Assembly (NCBI RefSeq): GCF_009914755.1
Contig: NC_060929.1
Direction: 5' to 3' (one strand)
Length of the DNA stretch: 64,000 bases
From: the human T2T-CHM13v2.0 reference genome, Homo sapiens
The notes under the pieces are model-generated. The model made no database searches. It saw nothing but the letters and a program-made list of their open reading frames with translations, and was not told the DNA's origin. Below, in pieces: positions 14,345-28,761 of this stretch; position 1 is the first letter of the stretch, and the number at the start of each line of letters is the position of its first letter. The position numbers were made by a program, and so were the translations under genes.

Positions 14345-15019
14345 CCTCAAAACACAACCTGGAGATGTTTCAAAGGCCACTGCTATTACTCTAATTCAAT
14401 ATTATTCACGAAATGATGTTTCATGTACAGTGTGTAATATATTTACTCAGTCAATCCTTCATTGATAGTCATCCATCATAGTGATTTTTTTTTATTTTTT
14501 CTTGGAACAACAATCACATTTAACATACATTGTTTCTTATGTATATATCTATATTTATATCTATCTAATTTTATGGAAGAAACAAACAAATGAGATTGTT
14601 AATTTGAAGAGTATGTGTATTTTAACTATAATTTACATTGCAGGATTACCTGAGAAAGCTGGAACAAATTACATTGATGCAAAGTTTATGTATATGCTTT
14701 TACCTGAATCTCTAAGACTAACCATTATGGCTTTGTAAAATTGCTACCAGCTTTGTAAAAATATACCAATATGATGTGTATGTAATGACATCTCATTTCT
14801 ACTGTTTTTTCATTTCTTTGACTGCATGGCTTTCTTGATCATTTACTTTTCATCTTTACTTAAATATAAAATATATTCACATTCATTCTACGTAAAATTA
14901 TACCCCTTCAACTTCCTATAGTTGTTTACAGCTTTATTTTCTTCCTTTGAAAATACCTATATTAAAATGCTATAGATTTCACTTATTTACCCCATTTGTT
15001 ACCTCTCTTTTTCTGAAGA

Positions 15020-15130
15020 ACATAAGCTCTGAAAACAGGGGTTTCCATAGTTTTGCTTATAGATACAACTCCAGTATGAGCAGATTGCCAGGCATATAGT
15101 AGGTATTCAATAAACGTTTTTTAATAAATT
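15020..15130 (+). mobile_element. L2 3' end fragment
   Basis: ccaggcatatagtaggtattcaataaac resembles the L2 terminus cctggcacatagtaggtgctcaataaat. Confidence 0.6.
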
Positions 15131-18100
15131 AAAAAATAATGAAGCCACTTTAACAACAACAAAAAATTCTCTATATATCTAAAACATCACTTCAAAACAT
15201 TTTGTTACTGGGGCCTCAGGGATGATGGAATCTGGCCAAGGATTTACACTCAACTTATATAATTTACAGGACATTGGCAATGCTGGAAATGTACTGGTAA
15301 CATTGGCAACATCTTTATTCTTAGGTCAGGATGGAGAGAACAAAATCATAAAAAATACAATGTCTAAAGTTACTGATTGAGTTAGGTCACAACCCACTTT
15401 AGGCATAAACTTTCATCTTAAGGCACAAGACTGTAGTTCGTTGATAAGCATTTTCAATATTTTCAACAAGATTAATTACTATGTTCAAAATATAGGGTCA
15501 GTTGGGTTATGTGGAACCTAATGTTGAGTGGAGAATCAATAACTAGTCCCTTTAGGTGCCAAATTGGTCCTGTGATTTTTATCCTAAAGGATGTGCTTTA
15601 TGTGGAAACCATGCCTACCCAAGAGCCACATAAAACAAGGCCTAGGGGATAGAAGCCCCAAGCAAAAACAGATGGACACATTTGTTTCTGGCAGCTGGAG
15701 GCTTTGTTCTATGTGGCTATGTGGTATAATGTTTACTACTTGACCTCTTATTACTCTGCGCTTTGCAACAAAACTTTGACCAAAGAAAACAATTTCATAA
15801 AAAGCAGATGTTTCTGCAATGTATGAATACAAAACACAAGATATTCAGCCCCACTTCATTTGAAAAATTGTTCTGATTGCAAACTAAAGACTTAAATGAA
15901 ATTAATAAAGAGATTGAGGAAACCCCATAATCAGACATGTTAAGTAGGAATGATTTTTATTGGAATTCACTAGAATCATTTTTGTTGGAGCTCACTAAAT
16001 TATACATTTAATAAGGGTTGATATTTGGAATATAGTAACTAGGACTCATGTCAGAAATATTAAAAATGGTGTTCTAGTGAAATAATGACTCTCACTCTTA
16101 AATGTACCCATTTTATATAATTAAACATAAGTGTAAGTTTTATAATAAACTTAATGTGCAAACTGCTGTTACTGTTGACATTTGTGATTACAATACACTG
16201 AACCCTTGGAAACTCTCCAATGTTGCTTTGTTTGATCCTTGCAAATAGATGTTTACTGATACTTATTAATGTAAAAATTACAGAACATTGTGATTTATGT
16301 TGTAAAAATAAGTGTCATGAAAACCATGAGACAAGGTGGATGACTTCCATAAAGAACTGATTAACAGGCCGATTTAGTTTGGTTTCACGGGGGAAAAGTG
16401 TGGCAGGCAGATAGGTGTCATATGGAGTGAAATTTATAGTAGCAGAAAAGGAATAATGAGATCATGTCCAAAAATAGTGCAAACATGCATACACACACAC
16501 ACATGCACAATCACACAGGCTGTACATATAGAAATCCAAGATTTTGCAGGTACTGTAATAGCCTCTGGCAGCAAACCATCATTCTAGTAGGTGCTACACA
16601 TCCAAATGTACCTACTGTAGGTAAATCCAATCCTACTCCCTTAATCCCACACTTGTTGAATCACTGCAGATAAACAATAGAGCAATACAGTGCAGGATTG
16701 AGTCACTGAGCCCCACATTTGACAGCACTCCCTAATTGACTATAATCCAACCGTAGGCAATGGATTCCTAAAGCCATACTAAAGTCTATCAGTCTAGGTC
16801 CTTCCAATTCTATTCTAGCAGATCAATTCAATTACATTCTATTAAATTATTTAGACTAAATTATCCTATTAAAGTGTCATTTCAAAGGGTGATTTCTAAT
16901 TACTTATGTAATTTAAAAAATTTTTATGTGGCAATATGATTTGCAATACTTTTTTTAATCTTCAAAATCAGCACATATTTTAATTCACATATTTTGATAC
17001 TTCATTCCAGTTTCTAGGTCTGGTAAAAGAAGTGGATGACTTTCATGGGATATAAGGTTATTTCTAGCATAGAGAAAGATCTGAGGAAAATTCTACTACA
17101 AAAATTAAAGATGGCAATAGCACACTGGCAATATTTCATATTTTATGGCATTATGGCATTACTATTTGTGTTTGGGGCAGACTGAAAATCTATTTTTATT
17201 ATGCCTTCTGAGATGGCACTTTGAATTTAAGCCCCATTTTCCGTGGCTTATAGCTTTTCCACTGAATACCTTTGGGGCTAAACTTCATCATTCTGGTTCT
17301 TAACCTAGAATGAAATAATTCAGGAAGTTTGAAGGAAATTTATTTAGTCATTTTTGATTTAAGTAACTATAAGGAAATTCTTTTTGGCTGTTCGAAAAAT
17401 ATACAAACAAGTTTTATATTGAATCATTCATAAGGAATTATGATTTTCAGTAAAAATATTTATAATTATGATTTTCTATAAAAGATACATATTTAAAATT
17501 ACTTATACAAACTAATAAACAGAATATAATACATATTTACTGCATACCTTAATTCACATAATAAAATTCTGTAAGATCTATCAACTTCATTAGAAGTTCT
17601 GAAATGTAGGCTTTTGGGGGCAAGACTGCTGTATTGAATCAAAATGAAAAATCTTATTTGCAAGAATGACTAACCACCTATTAAAGACTCAGGACTTCAA
17701 TGTCATTTAAATGCAGTTTCAGTGGTTTATGCAAGCTGTCAAAAATTTCCATTTGCTCATTTCAAATATATCTAGGTAAGCCTATTTTTTAGGCTCATTT
17801 ATACAAAATCAAAATTTGAAAGAGTAATAAAATGAAAAATTCATAGATGATAAGAATGGCTAAGACTCACATAATAGCTCATTTGGCTTAACAACTTTTG
17901 GAATTCTCAGAAGAAAAGAGGAATACTTATACTTCCCAACATAGCCATTAATTTAGGAAAAAGAATTACCTTACTGTGGCAGTTTGATAATTATTATACA
18001 CTGAGTATTCATCAATTGGAGAGATTATCCCTTAAAGAAAAAATAAGGTAATTTGATCAGAAGCCTGACACCCTAACTATTTATGTAAGTGCAATATTTG

Positions 18101-20129
18101 TGACTTTGTCTCACACACACAGACATATACATAGAATATATTTTCAGAGACACACATATATACACATACATATATGTTTGTGTGTGTATATATATAATTA
18201 ATATATGTATTGGTTATACACACATAATAAGTGATGACTATATGGAAATGTATAGGCAGGCCATAGACAAGTATAGATGGATAAGTATTTGACTTTGGTT
18301 TAATTGTCTCCTAATTCTGTTTCACAGTTTCCTATTTTCTGTGAAAAAAAATTGTTTAATTAGATTAATATTGGAACATTTCTTAAAATATCTAGTACTT
18401 AATTGTTTCTTCAATTATATTGCTAAATATCTTTATACACACATATGCAAAATTATCTCAGTTGATTTAATTATTTTCATTTTGCATATTCTCTAAAAGT
18501 CATTTTTATTTTTAAAAAGTGAGCCTACAACATTTTTCTTATGTTCATTTTGATTTATTATGATCCACGTTCTAGGTACCATACTAAGGGAAAAGATATA
18601 TAAAGAAAATTCATAAATAAACAATAGTGTGAGATGAAAAAAATTAAAACAAAGTAAATGTATCTATAAAGTGTTTTTGGAGCCACTGAAGTAGGAAAAT
18701 GTGTTCATTTTAAGAAGAAAGAGGCGTTAATACCTGGTCTTAAAGAAAACATTGGGATTTATAAAGTAGTAAATGGAGGGGATTATTTTCTATCAAGTGT
18801 GTTCACTGTATAAAATTACATTTCTAATGTTTTTTGTTAATGGATGTGTATCCAGAGATCATTAAATCACAGTGGAGAAGGAGAGAAAATTAATAATAAT
18901 GTTCCAGGTTTTTGAATTGGGTCATTTCTATATTTTAACCCAAACTTCTTTTCTTTTTGATCCACGACCAGAACGCAATTACATCACTCATGTTTCTCCT
19001 ACTCAATGGGTTTACATTCAAAATTCCAATTTTACCTCAAAAAACCTTATAACTTGTTTCCCCTTAAATATCAATACAATTATTTTAGAAAATATTGGAT
19101 GATTAGAGACTATGTCTACATAATTAGTTGCTCTTGCCTTTCAAAATCACATTTCAGAATGTATTATTGTTGCCATATGTCAATTTTCAGGTTATGTTTT
19201 TGCTCACTCTGGCAATTTGTGTTCACTGATATTCATTTATATATAGGTCTTGCTCTGTATGAATTCCTGAAAGCTTTTATGATCTGGGCAAAGTAACCGG
19301 CACTGCTCATAATCAGTATATAGCTATATGTTGTGCCATATTTTTAACTATTAAAGTGGACAAAGAGACGGATAGAATTTAGGAGATTAAGTGCCTGTTA
19401 GTATGTCTCTTGTTACTGTAGCTGAAGGGAGAACTACAGCGACTGCACTCATTGCTTTCTAACACCTTTTTGTAGTTCTAAAAGTAAACTCTGACATGTA
19501 AAGTCTCAGCTCAAATAACCGGTAAAGAATTACGGATGGGCCTAAAAATGCCTTTGTCTTTGCTAGCTACAGAACTGACACAGTTAAAAATCAGTTAACA
19601 TCACAGACTCTGCAGTTATGTAAGGGAACAATCTGGGATTTATCAGGAATGAATGGGTTCCTGAGAAACAGGCTAAAAAATGTATTAGACGAATCTGTTA
19701 ACCTTGAACTCATACATGACCCCTGGCGTTTTTTTTTTTTTTTTTTTTAATTAGGAGAAATAGCTCATTTTCCTTGATGAGTATATTTTCTCTCATACAT
19801 AAAATTATTTTATTTATTGACCAGAAATCACTTGTACCCTTGAATAATTAGGATTTCCTAATTAAGCTCATCTAATGTATCTGTAATATGTACAATGCTC
19901 ATCATTACTTTATTAAATATTCTTTTACTTTATTATTTTTCCAACATACTTAATTATTCATCTTTATTCCCAGGACCTTGTTAACTTACATTTGTGTGGT
20001 TTAAATAAAAGAAAATCCAGAATGAGAGATAGTTACAAAAATGCATTTATATTCTATAACATGTATTATCTCTGAATATGGTTATTTTCATTGGAAGGAA
20101 ATGATAAATAATAATATTTTCTCTTTTAG

Positions 20130-20475
<346 letters not shown>

Positions 20476-21167
20476 GTGTTATGCTTTTTTAAAATATCCC
20501 TTATATAAGGTTATCAGAAATGCAATGAATGCCATTTTTATTTGGAAACAAACTTTTAGGCCAATCTGAAATGTCCACAGTTATTGCGTCTTTTGTAATG
20601 GTTACTTTATTTCTGCACATGCGTTTCATGTCAGGTCAGAGAATCTATTCATCTCATAATTTCTTCTCTTCAATAATATATTTTTATTTATTTTAGGGTC
20701 ATTGATGAGGTATAACATACACAAGGAAAACAGACTTGCCCAAATACTTGATATGAATCAAGTATATAACTTGATTAATATTCACAAATTGAAAACACTC
20801 ATATAAGCATTATGTAGAACAAGAAAGAAAATATTAACATATATAATAATCTCTTATTAGCACTATGATTATTAGCAATGCCTCATTTTGTATACTTAGA
20901 AAAGTAATTCTAATTTTTTCTTTTCTTCTTGACTAGTCTGTTTTGCATTATCTTTTAAAATAAACTAATTTTACCTTTTAAAAATATTTTCTATTGTAGG
21001 TTTTTCCTATTGCAATAATTTTTGCTATTAGTTGTATGTTGATGATTCAATTTCTTTTAAATTTTTACTTTGATTCTTCTGCACTTTTTCTAGCTTCATG
21101 GAATATAAGCCTATATCATTAATTTTTAGCATTTTCTCTTTTCCAATATTGGAAAAAATCCATAATT

Positions 21168-21541
21168 TTATAGGAACTGAATTGTATCCCCCTGCCCAAA
21201 TTCATAAAGTCCTAATACCAATGTACTTGGAAATGGGGTGGGACCTTTGGGTGTTAATGAGGTTTAAATAAGGTTATGAAGGTGGGCCCCTTATAATGTG
21301 AATAGTGCCCTTATAAGAAGATACATCAGAGAACTTGCTTTCTCTCTCTCCCTCAGTCTTGTGAAGACATAGTGAAAAGACAGCTGTCTGAAAGCCAGAG
21401 AAACAGTCCTCATGGGGCAATTGAATCATCTAACACCTTGATCTTGGAGTTCTCATCCTCCAGAACTGTAAGAAATAAATTTCTGTTGCTTGACACCTGG
21501 TCTATGATATTTTGTGATGGCAGCTTGAGCTGACTAATACA
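21168..21541 (+). mobile_element. MaLR LTR (MLT1A/MST-type)
   Basis: ctgaattgtatcccc...cccttataagaaga...ctccagaactgtaagaaataaatttctgttg...gactaataca. Confidence 0.85.
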
Positions 21542-22211
21542 AATATATACCCTCAAATTGATAGATGTATCCTGTAAACACTGCTTTAAGTATACCTGAC
21601 AAGTGTTGATATATCTTTATTGGCCTTTATGTAAAATATTTTTCTAGTTGTCATTGTGATTTATTCTGTGTCCCAGGTGTTTCTTCAAAGAATATTCCTT
21701 AATGATTATGGACATCTCTATATCTACCTCAACTTTGTCAATTAAACTTATTTGAAGTCATGTTATTGTATGTCTGCATATTTAAATTTTGAAATATTTC
21801 TGCCAAAAGGAATCGTATAAAGCAACTGTTTGAGTGATGTGAGGACTTCAGCATTAAAATCTGCTATATCAAATATTAGTATATCTATACTAGCTTGCTT
21901 TTGGTTAGACTTTATGTAGAACAACTTTTTCTAACCTTTCATATCCAACTATCCTTTCATGAGTTTCTCATGTACAGCAAAAACTATGGCTTTGGTATTT
22001 TGTTCACTCTGATCATTTCAATCTTTAATTTGAATACTTGTATTTTGTATAATTATTTACATACTTAATTTTATATCTGACACTATTTATTCTATAATCC
22101 ACCGGTCATTTTACATCAAATATTATCTCTATTTTTTTCTCCTTTGAATTCATCAACTAATTATTATTTTATTTTCTACTCACTGGTAATTACTTACTTA
22201 ATAAATTTTGG

Positions 22212-22551
<340 letters not shown>

Positions 22552-24920
22552 TTAAAAAAGAAATAGTTATATTTTATCTTATTTTGCATAATGCTAAAAC
22601 TCAACTAACCAGTTGAGTTTTACTTATGCTACCATTATATTTGGTATTATTGTTCTCATGCATTTCTGCATTATTTTACATTTTTATAGAGTCAACATTC
22701 ATTTTTAATGTATTTATATATTTCTATCCAGTGATGCTTTTGATTTTATGCTGTATTATTTTTCTATTCCTCTCTTAGATTTTTTTTTCTGCTAGGTAGA
22801 TGCTTAACATCACTTTGAGTACAGTAATAAACACTGTTCATTTTATATTCATTTGAAAAAGTCTTATTTTATCTTTTATATTTGAAATATTTTTCAGTGG
22901 GAATTGGGAGTAAAATTTTTTGTTAACATTATTTTTAGCTCTTTAAAAATGTCCTTCTCTTGCCTTCTGCTTTTCATCATTTCTGTTCAAAGCCAGCCTT
23001 CAGGCTAACTATTGTTTCTTTGAAGATAGCAATATAACGTGTCTTTATCTTTTTCTCCTCTCACTATTTTTTTGATGTTTTGCTGATTTTGGTTTTCAGT
23101 TGTTTTATTATTATGTATCCAGGTGTGCTTTGCTGGATGTTTATCTTGTTTGATGCTTCCAGAATTTCTTGAATCCTTTGATTGATTTTTTTCATCAGCT
23201 ATTGTCTATTGAAATCTTTTTTTACCTTACTTTCTCACTCATCATCAACTGAATTTAAGTTGCATGTAGTCAAGCTTTTTGTTTTTTTCCATGTCATTTA
23301 GTCTTTACTATTTTTTATTAGTTTGATTTCTTCGCTTCAGTTTGTATATTTTCTATTTTCTTGCTTTTCATTTCACTAAACCTGTCTTTATGTCTAATCT
23401 ATTTTTAAAACCATCCATTAAAGATGTATAGAAGCAATAAGGACTAACATTCCAGCAAGAAGAAACCTCAGAGAGATGAACTACGACTGGAGATTTGTAC
23501 TTTCTTAGGGGCAAATGCATTCTCACCTTGAACTAGAGGCTGAGAATTCCTGCTTGGCCTTGTGCCAAAGTTGCCACAGCAGAAGAAAGCAGTCTATTAT
23601 CAATTTATTTTCCATTATGACCAATTCGTAGAACCGTAGGACGTATCCCTTTTGACCCTTAGGCTCTTTCGCAATTAGAAACAATTTAATAATTTGTGGG
23701 AATGAATACTCCGCTTAGTTCTTGTTGGCCAGGAAAAAAATGTTCTATGTTACACATAAGAAAGAAAATATCCTCAAAACTTAAAAAAAAGTTAATCCCA
23801 CATTACATTTATGTCTGCCTTTCTGAGGTATAAAAGTAAAATCCATGAATCATATTCTTCAAATATTCTATTCACATAATAAGCTGTTCTCCTGTTATTT
23901 TTTCATACATGTTGAAAAAGCATAAACATAACTTAAAAATCTCCCATATGAAAATTGCAATCGTTGAAATGAATTTTGGGCACATAAAGTATTGCAGAGA
24001 TCAAATACTTGAAGACAGTCTCTAAACTAAGACAACTCTTAGAGATAAGTACAAGAAAGTATTGGTCTGCCTTAAAACAAAAACATGAAAGCATGTTGAA
24101 TAGGACTATTTATCTATAAGGTACCTTCACAGATGCCGTCTATGTGGCTTTGAAATTTGATAAGACTCACCTGTATCATTATGAAAGCAGTAAACCTAAA
24201 ATATATTCCAGCCAAGCAGTGAAGAATGGAGAAAAATATAAAAATCTAATAAAATGGTGAGACTTTTTTTTTCAATAACATCCATAGAGATGTTCCCTTT
24301 GGACTGAAAAACGTATGAAATATTAGTTGAATGTATTAATTTCGCAGTATTTACATTGCATTATCTAATTAGATGGGTGATGTGCTGTTGCATATAAATG
24401 TCAACATATATGAGATAACTGGGATTATTTTTTAGGATCTACAATTCTGGGATGCAGTAACTTCCTGATATCCTTCGGAAAAGCTATATTTTAATTAACC
24501 ATTTGTTTTCCCAGATAACTCAATACTGAGAAAGAAACAGAGGTGGTTAGTCTCAACTAAAATAAGCGTTCCTAGTTAATATCAAAGTTTCTACTAGACA
24601 GTCTTATTTACATGTGTTTGTTAAACATTCAGTACAAATGATATGACTATGTATATTAATTGAATGAATTAATCAATCAATAAAGCAGAATAGGTTATTT
24701 ATTATGTAGAGAATATATTAAATCCTAAAATTAGGCTGAGTTACATAAGTTTTTAATTATATGTATAAAAAGTGTACATAAGATAATGCAGAAAAATTTT
24801 CAATTCCAAAGATAATACCTTATGTATGAACAAAAAAAGCAAAAATTCTGAAAATGAGTATTAAAATATCAGGGAGAAGAAATTCTACTTTTCAATAATA
24901 AAATTTAAAAATTAGCATTC

Positions 24921-25287
24921 GGCCGGGCGCGGTGGCTCACGCCTGTAATCCCAGCACTTTGGGAGGCCGAGGCGGGTGGATCATGAGGTGAGGAGATGGA
25001 GACCATCCTGGCTAACACGGCGAAACCCCGTCTCTACTAAAGAATACAAAAATCAGCCGGGCGCGGTGGCGGGCGCCTGTAGTCCCAGCTACTCGGGAGA
25101 CTGAGGCAGGAGACTGGCGTGAACCCGGGAGGCGGAGCTCCGTGAGCGGAGATCGTGCCACTGCACTCCAGCCTGGGTGACAGAGCGAGACTCCATCTCA
25201 AAAAATAAAAAATAAAATAAAATAAAATAAAATAAAATAAAATAAAATAAAATAAAATAAAATAAAATAAAATAAAATAAAATAAAA
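24921..25287 (+). mobile_element. AluY with a long (TAAAA)n tail
   Basis: CpG-rich dimer; ~16 TAAAA units; TSD aaaattagcattc on both sides. Confidence 0.95.
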
Positions 25288-25438
25288 TTAGCATTCATTG
25301 TAATATAAGTTAGCCAGGTCTTTCGTCATTAGGTTTAGTGAACATGGCATATCCTTGACTCCAGAGTAAAAAATAACATCACTGGCTAGGTAATCTTAAT
25401 TTAGATTAAGAAAGAATACAGCGAGCCGGATTTTCCTC

Positions 25439-25771
25439 TTATTTTTTATTTATTTATTTTTTAAGACAGGGTGTTGCTCTATCACCTAGGCTAGAGTGCA
25501 GAGGTATGATCAAAGTTCACTCCAGCCTCTGCAGCCTCGACCTCCCTGGCTCAAGCGATTCTGCCACTTCAGCCTCCTGAGTAGCCAGGACTATAGGTTG
25601 CGCCACCACTCCTGGCTACTTTTTTATTTTTATTTTTATTTTTATTTTTTTTTACAGTGACTGGTCTCTGTACATTGCCCAGTCTGGTCTCAAACTCCTG
25701 AGCTCCAACCATTCTCCCGCCTCATTCTCTCAAAGTGCAAGGGTTACAGGTGTAAGTTACTGTGCCTGGCC
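25439..25771 (-). mobile_element. AluJ
   Basis: Antisense Alu with J diagnostics (gcagcctcgacctcc, ggctcaagcgat, aactcctgagctc). Confidence 0.9.
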
Positions 25772-26239
25772 TCAGGCAGGCTTTTGGTAGAGAGGATTAT
25801 TCCTTGGATATTTTCTGTATCACATTTCCACGGTAGGACATAGGAAAAGAACACATAGATGTACTGCTGCTATCAAAAAGCTTACTTCTTCAAGAAGAAT
25901 CAGAACATGGATGCTGACAGAGTTCATGGCTCTATAGATGTTGGCATATTTGTTTCTCATTTGTCTTGCTTCTCAATGCATTCCAGTGAACAGTGGGTGG
26001 AGAAATAAAGTGGAGAAAAAGAATTTTGATAGAGATTATAAAGTCAGGACAACAATTCTGCTAAAAACATAGATTTCTTGGACTGCATTTCAATTTGTTG
26101 TTATATTAGTCACTAACTACATCATATAAAATAAGTCATTTAACTTTTCTACAACTCAATTTACTCTTTATATAATGAAAAAATATTGTTTCTAAATAAT
26201 GCTTCTGAAAATTGCCTATACAGTATCTAAAAACCATAG

Positions 26240-26669
<430 letters not shown>

Positions 26670-26840
26670 ATAGCTTCTTCTTCTTTCTAAGATTCTTTCT
26701 TTCTTTCATGTTTTTACCCCTAAAGCAATAGTTGCATGCATGTTTTGATTTAAACTTTAATTACAGACCAAACACTGTTTTATATAAACATCTTAATACT
26801 TTTAGCCTCACATGCCTAATAGCTCTTATAAAGGAACAAA

Positions 26841-26874
26841 ATCGCTTCTCGGCCTTTTGGCTAAGATCAAGAGT
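26841..26874 (+). pseudogene. 3'-truncated U2 snRNA pseudogene (nt 1-34)
   Basis: atcgcttctcggccttttggctaagatcaag is identical to U2 nt 1-31; flanked by TSD ttataaaggaacaaa / ttatagaggaacaaa. Confidence 0.93.
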
Positions 26875-28726
26875 TATAGAGGAACAAAAAATATACACTG
26901 ATATCTTCCTAGCATCATGCTCAAAGAATATTTTGTAAATATGAATATATGATATATGAATATATATAATATATAAATAATATATAAATATCAATTTACT
27001 GTAATCAGTCATCTTCTAGGAAGATGTGTAAGACAGGTGGGAAAAGTACATTGTAAAAAAGGTAAAAGTTTTACATTGTAAAGCAGGTAAAAGTGCCACA
27101 GTGTAACATATCAAACATGCACACACACTCACACACAGCATATACAGTATATGCGTACATAGATAAATACACAAAAATATCAAGTTGCTTAACAAATTAT
27201 TTGAAGTCCTGTACCAAATATACACTTATTGAGTGGTGGTTCTATTTTTTTCTTCTGTGAGTACTAAATAAATCACTGTGTGTGATTAATTTCATATTTG
27301 TACTATAGCATCTATATCTTCTCATTTGTCTTGCAGTTAAGGATTATAATGAATGCTTATTTTAGATTTTTCCTAAATCTTTATGCGATCAATTTTTCCT
27401 CATCTCTGTAGTTATGGCTCATTTTATTATACAGTTTTATAATAATTAATCATCATGTATTTCTTCCCTCCGTAGAAAATGCATGCATTATCTGCAGTCT
27501 GTTTATTTTGCTTCCCAGTCAGCAATTACAATGCCAAAGTAAATTAAAGTAAATTATATTTTTACAGGTTTTGAGGTAAAAATTGATGATAACTGCTGAA
27601 GTTCTAGAATGAGCATATTGGGAAAATTGCCAAATAAATTAACCCAAGAATAAGATTCATTTATCATAGAAAATTATTGATGAAAAATTACTGATAAAAA
27701 CTAAGTAAAATTTTCATCTATCTACTTTATTTCCACTTGAGTATACCTGTGGAAAAAATACACGCTTAAAGTTTAATTTTTTTTGCCTGACTTTTTATTC
27801 TATTGAATGAATGACATTTCACTGTCATTTAAATAATACTTTCTTAAAATCATATTACATACCATCTGTATTCTTTCAACCATGACTCTCCTACCAATCC
27901 AAGGCACACACTGATGTCTTAATAAATATTTTCCACTAAATCGATAAGTGACTGAATAGTTTTTCTTTGTCACAATCTTTTGAATGGTTAGCAAATTCAT
28001 TTTTTATATAATGTTTTTTAAAAAGAAAAGAAAAGAAGTAATCAGCAGTTTTTAGTACAAATGATATGTTATCACCTTTTTAAAGGAAGTATCCTTTGGC
28101 AAATGCACCATTTCTATCATGTTCAAAATTCCAAAACACATGGAATTTGGACAAACCTGTTTTAAAACCAATGGTGATCACTTATTTTGCGACATTGCTG
28201 ATTTAAAAATAAACATTAATTTAAAATGATTCAACACATCTTCTCTTTCCAGTAGTAGACTTATGAGAATATTTGGATTTGATAATTAACATTTTTAAAA
28301 TCTGAAGTTTGCCTCCTTAAGCAAGTGGTGACATTAGTCATTTACCTTAGCCTTTTTTTCTTTTAAGCTCTGTGATAATTTATCAGTTTTTACCTGTAAG
28401 CAGTATTTGGAACCACATCAGATAATTCAGCACAGGGATCACACCACTTGGTGAGTTGTATTACAGGCTGCATTTATTATCTATAGTTCTTGTCAGTGTA
28501 ATGGTAAATATATCTCACAGTTGGATACACAAAATTAAGTCATTTAATGGATTTGTAGTTTAGCTGATTGAGGTCCACAGGTCTCTGCGCACTTCTGGAA
28601 GCCATTTTATTTCTTCTGTAATTGTCAGTCACTGTTATTTCCACTTGACAGCTGTTCTGTGACTAGTCAGAATATAAGGTGCTTAAATGGTATCAGAGCC
28701 GTGATAAAATGGTGTTTAAAGGAACC

Positions 28727-28729
<3 letters not shown>

Positions 28730-28759
<30 letters not shown>
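28730..28759. repeat. (CA)n microsatellite
   Basis: ~15 AC units. Confidence 0.95.

Positions 28760-28761
<2 letters not shown>

Noticed and set aside
15200-16800. Possible ancient LTR or enhancer (TGAGTCA and AAACAAT near 16670-16705)
   Set aside because: No family or boundaries could be recognised; isolated motifs are expected by chance
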